A stretch of 64,000 bases of DNA from Chloroflexota bacterium (GCA_028874315.1 JAPPKM010000071.1:226-64225), one strand, 5' to 3'. Counted from the first letter of the stretch, positions 29,438 through 38,790 are shown. Made by a program: numbers and translations. Notes: generated from the sequence alone by a model not told the origin.

Positions 29438-30343
29438 CTACGCGGGACGGGCGGAGCGGCGCGGCGGATCCCATCGAAGCTCCGTGGCGTTCCATGTCGC
29501 GCGCGGCGGGACGGTTCCGCTGAGGATCGGGTCGAGCAGCGCGGCGGCCCAGGCATGCCCGACGGCCAGGGCGGGCTCAAGGCCACGGTCGGCCGCGCCG
29601 CGTCGATACTCGTCCGTCCACCACGGCGGAGGCGCGGGCACGGCCAGCGGCCAGGATGGGGTGGCCGTCCACGGCCAGACTCGGTCCAGCGCCCGGCGCA
29701 AGCCACCTGCGGTGCACGCCACCTGCGGCGCGTAGCGGGCGATGGTCAGCAGGTCCGCACAGCTCGGGAAACGACTCGTACGGCCCGTGTACGCGCCGAG
29801 GCGGGCGGCGACTTGGGTCACGCGGGTTCGGGTGGGGATCCGCGCTGGCGACGCGTCTTGGGCTGCCGGCAACTCGAGTCCAGGGAGCCACTCGATCACG
29901 TCCTCTGCCGGGAAGGCGAACCCGACGATCAGGTCGACCTCGCCGATTTCTCCGTCGTGGTCGGAGGCCTCGACCCGATAGGCGAGTGCGGGTCCCTCGA
30001 TTACCTGCGGTGCGCGCTCACGAGGGTGGACGGCGAAGTGGATCGGTTGGAGGTCTTGGTGTTCGGTGGCTTGCCGGAGCGCCGTATCCACGGCGGCGCG
30101 CGTGGGCTCGCTCACACCGCCGGAAGCCTCGTGTCCGGCCTCCGGCCTGTCGGCACGGTATTCAAGCCGCCAATCGTCGAATCGGATCCAGCGGTCGGGT
30201 GTCGCGTCAAGGAGCCGCAAAAGGAGCCGTTCGATTGCGAATTCGCGGCGGAGCCGGTCCACCGCGATGCCCGTGCGTCTGGCGAGGCGTCTCAGGTCGT
30301 CTCCGAGATCCGGGCGGAGCGGCGTCTCGCGTTCGATGGGCAT
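29438..30343 (-). CDS. AbiEii/AbiGii-like (DUF1814-type) protein with degenerate nucleotidyltransferase N-terminus
   Basis: The middle and C-terminal pattern (…VDLIVGFAFP…IPTRTRVTQVAARLGAY…ADLLTIARY…LLDPIL…W…RWDP) resembles AbiEii. The KGG/DxD catalytic region is not recognisable and there is no AbiEi partner. Confidence 0.4.
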   Translation of the reverse strand: MPIERETPLRPDLGDDLRRLARRTGIAVDRLRREFAIERLLLRLLDATPDRWIRFDDWRLEYRADRPEAGHEASGGVSEPTRAAVDTALRQATEHQDLQPIHFAVHPRERAPQVIEGPALAYRVEASDHDGEIGEVDLIVGFAFPAEDVIEWLPGLELPAAQDASPARIPTRTRVTQVAARLGAYTGRTSRFPSCADLLTIARYAPQVACTAGGLRRALDRVWPWTATPSWPLAVPAPPPWWTDEYRRGAADRGLEPALAVGHAWAAALLDPILSGTVPPRATWNATELRWDPPRRSARPA

Positions 30344-30608
30344 GTACCCACCCTAGGCGAGCGGCTGCAGCCGTCGAGGCAAGGTCCGGTCCGCAACCGT
30401 GGCCGCGCGATGCGCTGACGTGCCTCGCCCCGGAGTCGGCTCGCCGACTCAGCAACTGCGATGAGCGCCGGAGCCTGGCTACGCTAGATTCTCGGTTGCT
30501 GGCAATTTGAGGTCTGTCCGACTGTGCGACCGGTAGGAGTCCTCTGGCCGGCGTCGCGGCATCACTTGACGGCTACGCTGTGGCGGTTACGGACACCGAC
30601 CGACATCT

Positions 30609-33600
30609 ATGGCGAAGTTTCCGACTATCGTCGAGACGTACCTGGCCGACCTGCGACGGATTCGCGCCTCCGGTGGGGCGACGGCCGAGACGTCCAGCTA
30701 CACCCCGCTGGAGATGCTCCTCGATGCGGTAGGCGCCGGGCTCAGGCCCAAGGTGTATTGCGTTGGGCAGCTCAGAGACCAGGGGGCCGGGCATCCCGAC
30801 TTTGGGCTGTACGCGGCAACGCAGGTGCAACGCGGGGGAAAGCCCAGGGGCGATCAACTGCCCGAGCATGGCGTGGTTGAGGTGAAGCCGGCGGCGGACG
30901 ATGCGTGGCTGACCGCGGAGAGCGACCAGGTGACGCGCTACTGGAGCCGCTACCGGTTGGTGCTGGTGACGAACTTCCGCGACTTCCTGCTGGTGAGCGA
31001 GGACGCGAATGGGAATCCGGCGCGGCTGGAGAGTTTTCGGATGGCGGCGGACGCGGAGGATTTCGAGCGGCAGTTGGAGAAGCCGCGGGCGTTTGCTGGG
31101 CGGGTCGGCGTGGGGCTGGGGGAGTATCTGCGGCGGGTGCTGTCGCACCGGGCGCGTCTGGTGGAACCGCGCGATTTAGCCGAACTGCTGGCCTCCCATG
31201 CGCGGGACGCGTTGGCGCGGGTAGAGGCCGCCGAAGCCGAGACGGGGGCCGGCGCCGCGCCGTTGGGGGCGGTACGGGAGGCGCTGGAAGAGGCGCTGGG
31301 CGTGCAGTTCGAGGGCGAACGGGGTGCTCGGTTCTTCAGGTCGACGCTGGTGCAAACGCTGTTCTACGGCGTCTTTTCGGCGTGGGTGTTGTGGGCACGG
31401 CAGACGCCGCCGCCGAGGGGCGCGTTCAACTGGCGAGAGGCTGTGTGGCATCTGCGCGCGCCGGTGCTGCGGGCACTGTTTCAGCAGCTCTCGGATCCGG
31501 GGCGGCTGCAACCGCTGGGTCTGGTGGAGGTACTGGACTGGACGGCTGCCACATTGAACCGCGTGGATCGGGACGCCTTCTTTGCACGGTTCAGCGAGGG
31601 GCAGGCGGTCCAGTATTTCTACGAGCCGTTCCTGCAGGCGTTCGACCCGGCGCTGCGCAAGCAATTGGGTGTCTGGTACACGCCGCCTGAGATCGTGCGC
31701 TACATGGTGGCGCGGGTGGACCAGGCGCTGAAGGACGACCTGGGCATTGCCGAGGGTCTGGCCGCCGAGAACGTCTACGTGCTGGATCCCTGCTGCGGCA
31801 CGGGCGCGTACCTGGCGGAAACGCTACGCCGAATTGCCGACAACCTGCAAGATCAAGGGCTGGGCGCGCTGACCGGAGCGCGGGTCAAGGAAGCGGCGAC
31901 CGAGCGCGTGTTCGGGTTCGAGATCATGCCGGCGCCGTTCGTGGTGGCACACCTGCAAGTCGGGCTGACCATGCAGGACTTGGACTCGCCGCTGGCGGAG
32001 GACGGAGCGGAACGGGCGGGAATCTTCCTGACCAATGCGCTCACGGGATGGGAGCCGCAGCCACAAGAGCGGCTGCCGATCCCCGAGTTTGAGGAGGAGC
32101 GCGAGCGAGCGGACGAGGTCAAGCAAGACAAGCCAATCCTCGTGGTCCTGGGCAATCCGCCGTACAACGGCTTTGCCGGCATGGCGGTGGACGAGGAACG
32201 GGAACTGTCGGATGCCTATCGCACGACTCGGCGAGTGCGGCGGCCCGAGGGCCAGGGTTTGAATGACCTCTACGTGCGGTTCTTCCGCATGGCGGAACGG
32301 CGGATCGCCGAGCAGACCGAGCAGGGCGTGGTCTGCTTCATCTCGAACTACTCGTGGCTGGACAGCCTGTCCTGTCCGGGGATGCGGGAACGGTACCTCG
32401 AGGCCTTTGACGTCATCCGTATCGACAACCTGAACGGCGACAAGTACCGAACCGGCAAGGTGGCGCCCGACGGCTCGCCCGACCCCAGTATCTTCTCAAC
32501 GCCCGACGATCCGGTTGGAATCCAGGTCGGAACGGCCATCGCCACACTGGTACGTAAGACCGACCACGCGTCCGCGCCAAACATCGAGTTCCGCAACCTG
32601 TGGGGTCAGGCCAAGCTGGAGGCCCTTACGGAAACGGCGGAGGCTGTGCCGGGGGCGCTCTACGGGACGATGGAGCCGGTGCTCCCGCTGGGGCTGCCGT
32701 TTGCGCCGCTAGCCGTCAGCCCGGAATGGTTCGACTGGCCGGCGTTGCCAGACCTGCTTCCGACGTCGTTTCCAGGAGTCAAGACCAGCCGCGACGCGTT
32801 CCTGGTCGACACCGACCTCGACCGGTTACGCGAGCGTGTCAGCGACTATTTCGACCCGGACCTAAGTCATGCGGAGATCGCGCAGCGATATCCGAGCGTG
32901 ATGCGGAGTTCGCAACGGTTCAACGCCCCCACGGTCCGAGACACGTTGCTAAGGCGAGGCGGTCCCACGGAAAGCGGCTTCGTGCGCTACGCATACCGGC
33001 CTTTCGATACCCGGTGGCTGTATTGGGAGCGCGACACGAAACTACTCGACGAGAAGCGATCCGAATACGTGCCTCACGTATTCCCAGAAAACTTGTGGCT
33101 ATCTGCCGTTCCCCGACTCAGGCAGGACGCAACCGAACCGCAAGCCACCTTCACGCCAGACTTGGCATCGCTTCACCTCATCGAATGGGGCGTCAGCATG
33201 TTTCCCGCGTGGCTTCGCGAAGAATCGTTGGGTGCCGACCTGCCGAAGTGGCGTCGACCGAACCTGTCAGCCGCTGCCCGCCGCTACCTTGAGCACTTCA
33301 ACTCGACTGTCGAGGACCTCTTCCACCACGTACTGGCTGTACTGCACGACCCTGGTTATCGGGAAGCGAACGCAGGCGCGCTGCGCATGGCGTGGCCGCG
33401 AATTCCGTTGCCGTATTGGTCCGAACTGTCAGCCCGCAGCGGCGCAGGGGAAAACGACGAGTCGGCCAAGGTTGGAGAGGCTGCCGAGTCCCTGGCTGGC
33501 TCGGTGGCTCGCGGGCGAGAATTAGCTGCGCTGCTCGATCCTGAGACGCCAGTTCCCAGCGTCACCACCGGCCAGCTTCGCCCAGAGACCGCCACGATTG

Positions 33601-34001
33601 CCGTGCCGGCCACGACACACGAGCGCAACATGTTCGGCGATGACTTTGGACTTACGGCGGGCTGGGGGCACATGGGATCCGGTCAGGCGGTGATGCCGGG
33701 GAAGGGTCGCGCCGTGGAGCGAGCTTACTCGGAATTGGAACGCTCAGCTCTGGGCGACGCCGCGGACATCATGGGCGAGACGACGTATGACATTCACCTC
33801 AATGACAACGCTTACTGGCGAAATGTGCCCACGAACGTGTGGAACTACCGTCTGGGCGGGTACCAGGTGCAGAAGAAGTGGCTGTCTTATCGAGAGCGGC
33901 AGGTTATGGGGCGGGCGCTGAGGGTGGAAGAGGTGGGGTATTTCAGTGAGATGGCAAGGCGAATTGGATCGATACTGCTCGTGACGGACTCAAGGGCCTA
34001 G
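30609..34001 (+). CDS. Type IIG (MmeI-like) fused restriction endonuclease / N6-adenine DNA methyltransferase
   Basis: 1130 aa. N-terminal PD-(D/E)xK-like 'HPDFGLY…GVVEVKP'. Gamma-class MTase motif I 'VLDPCCGTGAYL' and motif IV 'VLGNPPYNG'. Long C-terminal region containing 'YRPFDTRWLYWE'. Confidence 0.8.
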   Translation: MAKFPTIVETYLADLRRIRASGGATAETSSYTPLEMLLDAVGAGLRPKVYCVGQLRDQGAGHPDFGLYAATQVQRGGKPRGDQLPEHGVVEVKPAADDAWLTAESDQVTRYWSRYRLVLVTNFRDFLLVSEDANGNPARLESFRMAADAEDFERQLEKPRAFAGRVGVGLGEYLRRVLSHRARLVEPRDLAELLASHARDALARVEAAEAETGAGAAPLGAVREALEEALGVQFEGERGARFFRSTLVQTLFYGVFSAWVLWARQTPPPRGAFNWREAVWHLRAPVLRALFQQLSDPGRLQPLGLVEVLDWTAATLNRVDRDAFFARFSEGQAVQYFYEPFLQAFDPALRKQLGVWYTPPEIVRYMVARVDQALKDDLGIAEGLAAENVYVLDPCCGTGAYLAETLRRIADNLQDQGLGALTGARVKEAATERVFGFEIMPAPFVVAHLQVGLTMQDLDSPLAEDGAERAGIFLTNALTGWEPQPQERLPIPEFEEERERADEVKQDKPILVVLGNPPYNGFAGMAVDEERELSDAYRTTRRVRRPEGQGLNDLYVRFFRMAERRIAEQTEQGVVCFISNYSWLDSLSCPGMRERYLEAFDVIRIDNLNGDKYRTGKVAPDGSPDPSIFSTPDDPVGIQVGTAIATLVRKTDHASAPNIEFRNLWGQAKLEALTETAEAVPGALYGTMEPVLPLGLPFAPLAVSPEWFDWPALPDLLPTSFPGVKTSRDAFLVDTDLDRLRERVSDYFDPDLSHAEIAQRYPSVMRSSQRFNAPTVRDTLLRRGGPTESGFVRYAYRPFDTRWLYWERDTKLLDEKRSEYVPHVFPENLWLSAVPRLRQDATEPQATFTPDLASLHLIEWGVSMFPAWLREESLGADLPKWRRPNLSAAARRYLEHFNSTVEDLFHHVLAVLHDPGYREANAGALRMAWPRIPLPYWSELSARSGAGENDESAKVGEAAESLAGSVARGRELAALLDPETPVPSVTTGQLRPETATIAVPATTHERNMFGDDFGLTAGWGHMGSGQAVMPGKGRAVERAYSELERSALGDAADIMGETTYDIHLNDNAYWRNVPTNVWNYRLGGYQVQKKWLSYRERQVMGRALRVEEVGYFSEMARRIGSILLVTDSRA

Positions 34002-35233
34002 TGAAACGACTTCGGAGCGTGGGAAGCGTCATCCGCGAGCACGCCGAAATATCGGTAACGCTGGTTGCTTCGGTCCTTCTGATTGTCGTTATCGTAATTT
34101 GGGTGAAGTCATCCGATGACTTCACTGCAGTTCGCGACTATGGCCTGTTGATCGCCACAATAGTTGCATTCCCGCTCGCATTCTGGCGCAGCAAGGTGGC
34201 GGAGCGCCAGGCTGATGCAGCACGTCGCCAAGTTGAGGCTGCCGAACAAGGTCTACAAAGTGAGCGCTTCCGTCAGGGTACCGAGATGCTTGGCCATGAA
34301 CTAAAGTCCGTGCGTCTTGGTGGCATCTACACTCTTGATCGGCTCGCCAGAGATTTTCCGGAGGAGTATCACATTCCCGTCATGCAGACATTGTGTGCAT
34401 TCGTTCGCCATCCGCCGACAGATCCCTCGCAGACACGGCCAAGCAGTGTTGTTGCACAACCGATGGTCGAAGGAGACGAATACGACGATACTCCGCTTCA
34501 TTTGGTTGAGGATATTCACGCCGTCCTTGAAGTGATTCGACTGCGTAGCCAACAGCGATTGGACATCGAGTCAACGAACAACTTCGAATTGAATCTTAGC
34601 GGGGCAGATCTTCGTCTATCAGATCTTCGAGGCGCCAGTTTATCCGGCGACGACTTGAGTGACTCTCGACTCTCTGGCTCGCTTATGATGGACGCTGATC
34701 TCTCCGGTGCTCACCTTCAACGTGCAGACTTGACCTCACCGAACAAGAGTAGACCCAGCAAAGCGACCAAAAGTGACATTCACGAAGGACGTATTCCAGC
34801 AACGACAAGGCTCGACAATGTGGACTTGACGGGCGCGCTGGCTTTGGGTGCGAAGATGCGTGGAGTAATTCTATCCGGCTCGGACCTAAGCGGTGCGAAT
34901 CTCCCGTTTGTGACTTTGGCTGATTCACTCCTCATGCACACAAACTTTTCCGATGCACATCTATCCGACGCAAACTTGAGCGGCGCGGAGTTGCATGGTG
35001 CGAATTTTGCTGAGGCAATGTTATCGGACGCAAACCTCTCAGGGACGGACTTCTCGGGTTCATGTCTGTTTGGACACCCCGTTACACCTCAGCGTCCGGC
35101 AATTGGCCTAACTCAGAAGCAATTGGACTCAGCTCGAGCGGATCCAGCCAATCCGCCACGGCTTGATGGGGTCGTAGACGCAGACACCGGCTGTCAACTG
35201 GTCTGGAACGGCAAAGTGCTTGACGATGGATGA
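34001..35233 (+). CDS. Membrane-anchored pentapeptide-repeat protein
   Basis: The GTG start overlaps the MTase TAG by 1 nt (TAGTG). Two N-terminal hydrophobic helices. Long run of A(D/N)LSx-type pentapeptide repeats (NLSGADLRLSDLRGASLSGDDLSDSRLSG…ANLSGAELHGANFAEAMLSDANLSGTDFSG). Confidence 0.8.
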   Translation: MKRLRSVGSVIREHAEISVTLVASVLLIVVIVIWVKSSDDFTAVRDYGLLIATIVAFPLAFWRSKVAERQADAARRQVEAAEQGLQSERFRQGTEMLGHELKSVRLGGIYTLDRLARDFPEEYHIPVMQTLCAFVRHPPTDPSQTRPSSVVAQPMVEGDEYDDTPLHLVEDIHAVLEVIRLRSQQRLDIESTNNFELNLSGADLRLSDLRGASLSGDDLSDSRLSGSLMMDADLSGAHLQRADLTSPNKSRPSKATKSDIHEGRIPATTRLDNVDLTGALALGAKMRGVILSGSDLSGANLPFVTLADSLLMHTNFSDAHLSDANLSGAELHGANFAEAMLSDANLSGTDFSGSCLFGHPVTPQRPAIGLTQKQLDSARADPANPPRLDGVVDADTGCQLVWNGKVLDDG

Positions 35234-35240
35234 TAAGTAG

Positions 35241-35429
35241 GCTTGCCGCTTGTGCGGGTACCAGGTGCTGAAGAAGTGGCTGTCGTATCGGCAGCGGAAG
35301 GTGCTTGGGCAGGCTTTGAAGGTGGATGAGGTGGGGTGTTTCAGTGAGGTGGCGAGGCGCAATGGGGCGATTCTGTTGCTGCCGCACCAGACTGACTCCG
35401 GCTTGAAGCGATGCAGAGATGTCGTTTAG
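35241..35429 (+). pseudogene. Orphan 3'-end fragment of a second Type IIG MTase paralogue
   Basis: Open fragment …CGYQVLKKWLSYRQRKVLGQALKVDEVGCFSEVARRNGAILL… aligns with the end of the 30609..34001 product (GGYQVQKKWLSYRERQVMGRALRVEEVGYFSEMARRIGSILL). DNA identity is roughly 80% by eye. Confidence 0.8.
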
Positions 35430-35458
35430 GGAAAATGCGCACGGGAAAGTAAGTCCTA

Positions 35459-37021
35459 TTGCAGCCAGCGAGAGCGAGCCTTCCTGATGGCAGGAGGCGA
35501 CCGAACATCACAGTCACAGGATCTGCGCACTTTCATGACGATCGGCGATCCGGCCATGAGTGCAACACTATCGGTCGAGGGTCCGGGAGGCTTAAGTGGC
35601 CCAACCGGAGAGTCTTTGAGGAGCCGCTGACCCTGCCCTACGAAGTATTCGGCATTTTCTACCGGTGTTCCGAAATTCATGGAGCCCATACCAGTTTGGA
35701 GGAAGCCGCTGATTGTTTCGCGCAAGCGACCCAACGCTATGGTGCTGACGTACCGGTACATCCCGTTACTCAGAAGTATATTCACTGGATTGTCGCTATC
35801 GATAAGAACGGCAACAAGAGAGATTTATCGAATTCCGAATTGACGAAAGCCGGCAAGCTTTGCCTGGACTGCAAGTCATTCGCGGCCAAGGTCCCTGGAA
35901 TTACAACATTTTCGCAGCTTGCGGGAATGTATTACGAAGCGTCAAGGCTGATACCAGTGACGCACATTAGCCTGAAAGGCATGTTTGACCGCCAAGCCAA
36001 GGTTCGTCACTTCTGGACTTCAGACGCAGGCAAGGGCCAGGCGTTGGCCTTCGCACAGCAGGCAGCGTTTACCCTAGAGCTAGCACTCAAGGCATATCTG
36101 GAAGTTCTGGGGAAACTGGCGTCAACAGATGCTGCGGACGTCCGGAAATGGCGAAGGCATGAGCTCGCTGAACTCTTCAAGCTACTCACCTACGATGAGA
36201 AAGAGCAGCTGGAAGAATGGTGGCACCAGTCGGACGCTAAGAGAACACACTTTCACCGGAGATTCCAAGACTTCCTTTCGGAGAACAACAGGCTCTACTT
36301 GAAATGGCGGTACGTCAACGACCTTGAATCCGCCGACCTGTCAATCGACATACCGATGCTGTTGAGCGCTGCTGACTTTCTGTTGTACGCCGCCCGCCAG
36401 GCATTCAGGAAAACCTCACCCACCAATCTCAAAGTCACGACGACAGTGTATCCGCACTCCGACAGGGACAACAGAAGCTCGGCTCCTCGCTACGCACCGA
36501 CACTAGTAGAGGGTCGCGTTCGCGCTGTGAACATACCCAACGGATATGACCCTTTCAGCATAGTTGAGCTTGTGATCGACTCTGACCACCATGACGACGA
36601 AGTGATTGCCCAGTTCTACAAGCGCAGTGTTGAGAATTACTTTGGCCTTGAAGGCAGAAAGGTCGCTTTATTCGGCAACATCAGAGAAGATCGGCCGCAT
36701 CTGTTGGCCCACCCGCGTCACCTGGACGAACTCGAGAGAGAATGTGTGTACACCGTTGAGCATTGCACGTTGAAGGGATCGATCCATGACGTTAGGACTG
36801 TCCATTCCGCACATGGTAAACCTGGGAAACTAGACCTTTCTCTCTGGGACGAAACCTATTTCACCCAAGTCGAATGCTTCTTTGTGACGGACAAGGAGCG
36901 TGACCTGCTCAGGGAAGTCAAACCGGGTGATACAATTCTGATAAGTGGTTGGGTCACTGTGCTGAATGGGCGACCAGTGGTGATAGTTCGGCCTACCCAT
37001 ATCGAAAAGGTTGTCGAGTAG
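35459..37021 (+). CDS. Hypothetical protein with central HEPN-like domain and two C-terminal OB-fold-like repeats
   Basis: Rx4H motif 'RKWRRHELAELF' lies in an all-helical region (…FTLELALKAYLEVLGKL…). The C-terminus has two beta-rich units, ending '…VKPGDTILISGWVTVLNGRPVVIVRPTHIEKV'. The start is uncertain: TTG at 35459, and the first in-frame ATG is far downstream. Confidence 0.5.
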   Translation: MQPARASLPDGRRRPNITVTGSAHFHDDRRSGHECNTIGRGSGRLKWPNRRVFEEPLTLPYEVFGIFYRCSEIHGAHTSLEEAADCFAQATQRYGADVPVHPVTQKYIHWIVAIDKNGNKRDLSNSELTKAGKLCLDCKSFAAKVPGITTFSQLAGMYYEASRLIPVTHISLKGMFDRQAKVRHFWTSDAGKGQALAFAQQAAFTLELALKAYLEVLGKLASTDAADVRKWRRHELAELFKLLTYDEKEQLEEWWHQSDAKRTHFHRRFQDFLSENNRLYLKWRYVNDLESADLSIDIPMLLSAADFLLYAARQAFRKTSPTNLKVTTTVYPHSDRDNRSSAPRYAPTLVEGRVRAVNIPNGYDPFSIVELVIDSDHHDDEVIAQFYKRSVENYFGLEGRKVALFGNIREDRPHLLAHPRHLDELERECVYTVEHCTLKGSIHDVRTVHSAHGKPGKLDLSLWDETYFTQVECFFVTDKERDLLREVKPGDTILISGWVTVLNGRPVVIVRPTHIEKVVE

Positions 37022-37107
37022 GACGATGCTTGGAAGAGTTTTCCTCAGGAAATGCTCGGTTTCTTGATGACCGAATTGGCCTTTACGGAGAGAAAGTAGG
37101 ACAATTG

Positions 37108-38295
37108 ATGGCGCGTGAGCTTACGCTCTTCGACGACATTGTACGTACGGATCACCGGCACTCGAAGCGAGCGAGATCCGCCTTTGATTTTCTGAATACG
37201 TCGGCTTGGTCTGCCTGCCACAACATGCGCGACACGCTTGAGCAGTGGTTCGAGCAGTACCCGGTGATCTCCAAGAACGATCTTCGCTCACGCTTCCGGA
37301 AACGCGACGCTAACCACGAGTCCGCTTTCTTCGAGCTCTTTCTGCACGAAGTCTTCCGCCGTTTGGAACTCTCTCCCGAAGTGCATCCCGAATCGCCAAG
37401 TAGTCGCGGACGGCCTGATTTCGCAATCACGAGCGGTAGCGGCAGTCTGTACTACGTTGAAGCCAATGTTGTCGGGCTCAGGGGATTCATGGCCAAGGAC
37501 CCGCTCGAGGATGAGGTATTTGATGCCATAGACGATTTGGCTGTCGAGCGACCGACGAGAATCGCGCTGGATGCTCGAACTTGTGGGACTCTGTCCCAAT
37601 CTCCGCCAGTTCGTCGAATCAAGGCGAAGGTTCGGCAGTGGGTTGATCGGATCGACGAGGAATACAGAGTCCCGGGCAGGATTGAGGCGGAGCCAAGCAT
37701 CAGAATCTCTCACGACGAATGGAGTCTTAACTTAGCGGCATTTCATCGATTCGATCATGACTCGAAGAGGATGATCCATCTAGGTCCGAGTAAGGGCGGG
37801 GTGTTGAATGACGACGTTGCTCTACGCAAGAACGTACTAGCGAAAGCAAAGCAGCACCGAGACCTCGATCGGCCCCTGATTGTGGCAATGAACACACAGA
37901 GCGGCTTCCAGGATCGTGACGACGAGCTCTCGGCGCTGTTCGGCCAGGAAGCGGTGTCATGGCGCGAAGACGCACACGGCAACGTCGTCACGCTTCCGTA
38001 CGTAACGCGTCAGCCCGACGCAGTGTGGCGCAATCGCGGGGGGAGACGATATAGCCGGCTGCACGGTGTGCTGTTCTTTCGCGGCGCCCGGCCGTCGACC
38101 GCGCACAGCGTCACTTCCCATCTATATGTCAACCCATACATCCAGGCTGATGTTCCGCCTGAACTTCTGCAGCTGGGGAGCGCCCGTGTCCGGAGCAGAG
38201 AGATGCGATGGGAAGCGGGGATGCCTCTCGGCGACCTGCTGGACCTTCCTGAGGACTGGCCCGGTGAACGAACCCCAGGCTTCTCCGCTGGCTGA
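37108..38295 (+). CDS. Hypothetical protein, possible PD-(D/E)xK-like nuclease fold
   Basis: ORF 36949..38295. The ATG at 37108 is preceded by GAGAGAAAGTAGG. 'FFELFLHEVFRRL…GRPDFAIT…LYYVEANVV' resembles a restriction-endonuclease core, but no clear catalytic Lys is visible. Confidence 0.45.
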   Translation: MARELTLFDDIVRTDHRHSKRARSAFDFLNTSAWSACHNMRDTLEQWFEQYPVISKNDLRSRFRKRDANHESAFFELFLHEVFRRLELSPEVHPESPSSRGRPDFAITSGSGSLYYVEANVVGLRGFMAKDPLEDEVFDAIDDLAVERPTRIALDARTCGTLSQSPPVRRIKAKVRQWVDRIDEEYRVPGRIEAEPSIRISHDEWSLNLAAFHRFDHDSKRMIHLGPSKGGVLNDDVALRKNVLAKAKQHRDLDRPLIVAMNTQSGFQDRDDELSALFGQEAVSWREDAHGNVVTLPYVTRQPDAVWRNRGGRRYSRLHGVLFFRGARPSTAHSVTSHLYVNPYIQADVPPELLQLGSARVRSREMRWEAGMPLGDLLDLPEDWPGERTPGFSAG

Positions 38296-38649
38296 GGGTC
38301 TGACTTCCCACCCGTGCGCCGAGCTGAGCGCCATACTTAGGTCTCTCTTCTCTTTAGTCGGACTTGTGCTCCTGCGCACGTCCGGGCTCGTCGTCTGTCG
38401 CAATGACGGCGTCGCCTCGCTCAGGGAGTTCGTAGTGCTTGGCGTCGGCATTCCACGCCGTCGCGGATGTCTCGTAGGCCAGCACTTAAGAACCCGAGGA
38501 TCGTCCTCACCGACTTCGTAGTCAGGCCTGGACACGTTCGCGCGCCATGGGGAACTGCTTGCCCCGCGGAAAGTCGGGCGGGTCTGAGATCTCCCGTCGC
38601 CCGAACGGATGCGGACGGCGCGGGACTGGCCTGCCACAAGCGGATCAGG

Positions 38650-38790
38650 ATGGTCCTAACTGTGCGTAGTCTGGGCAATTGCCAGATGGTGACGAGGTGG
38701 CTGTATTACCGGGAACGGACGGTCTTCAGCCGGGAATCGAAGGTGGCAGAGGTAGGGCGTTTGAGTTAGGTGGCACGGAGGTTTTGGGGC
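38650..38790 (+). pseudogene. Second, more decayed remnant of a Type IIG MTase 3' end
   Basis: …VRSLGNCQMVTRWLYYRERTVFSRESKVAEVGRLS* aligns with …YRLGGYQVQKKWLSYRERQVMGRALRVEEVGYFS. DNA identity is roughly 70% by eye. The left limit is approximate. Confidence 0.6.

Noticed and set aside
38066-38680. ORFs between the nuclease-like gene and the second MTase-end remnant (38066-38521, 38122-38637, 38421-38678), plus a 43-codon GTG ORF on the minus strand (VLAYETSATAWNADAKHYELPERGDAVIATDDEPGRAQEHKSD)
   Set aside because: The sequences are mutually overlapping, motif-free and compositionally non-coding. The region is more simply explained as decayed MTase-derived or junction DNA.
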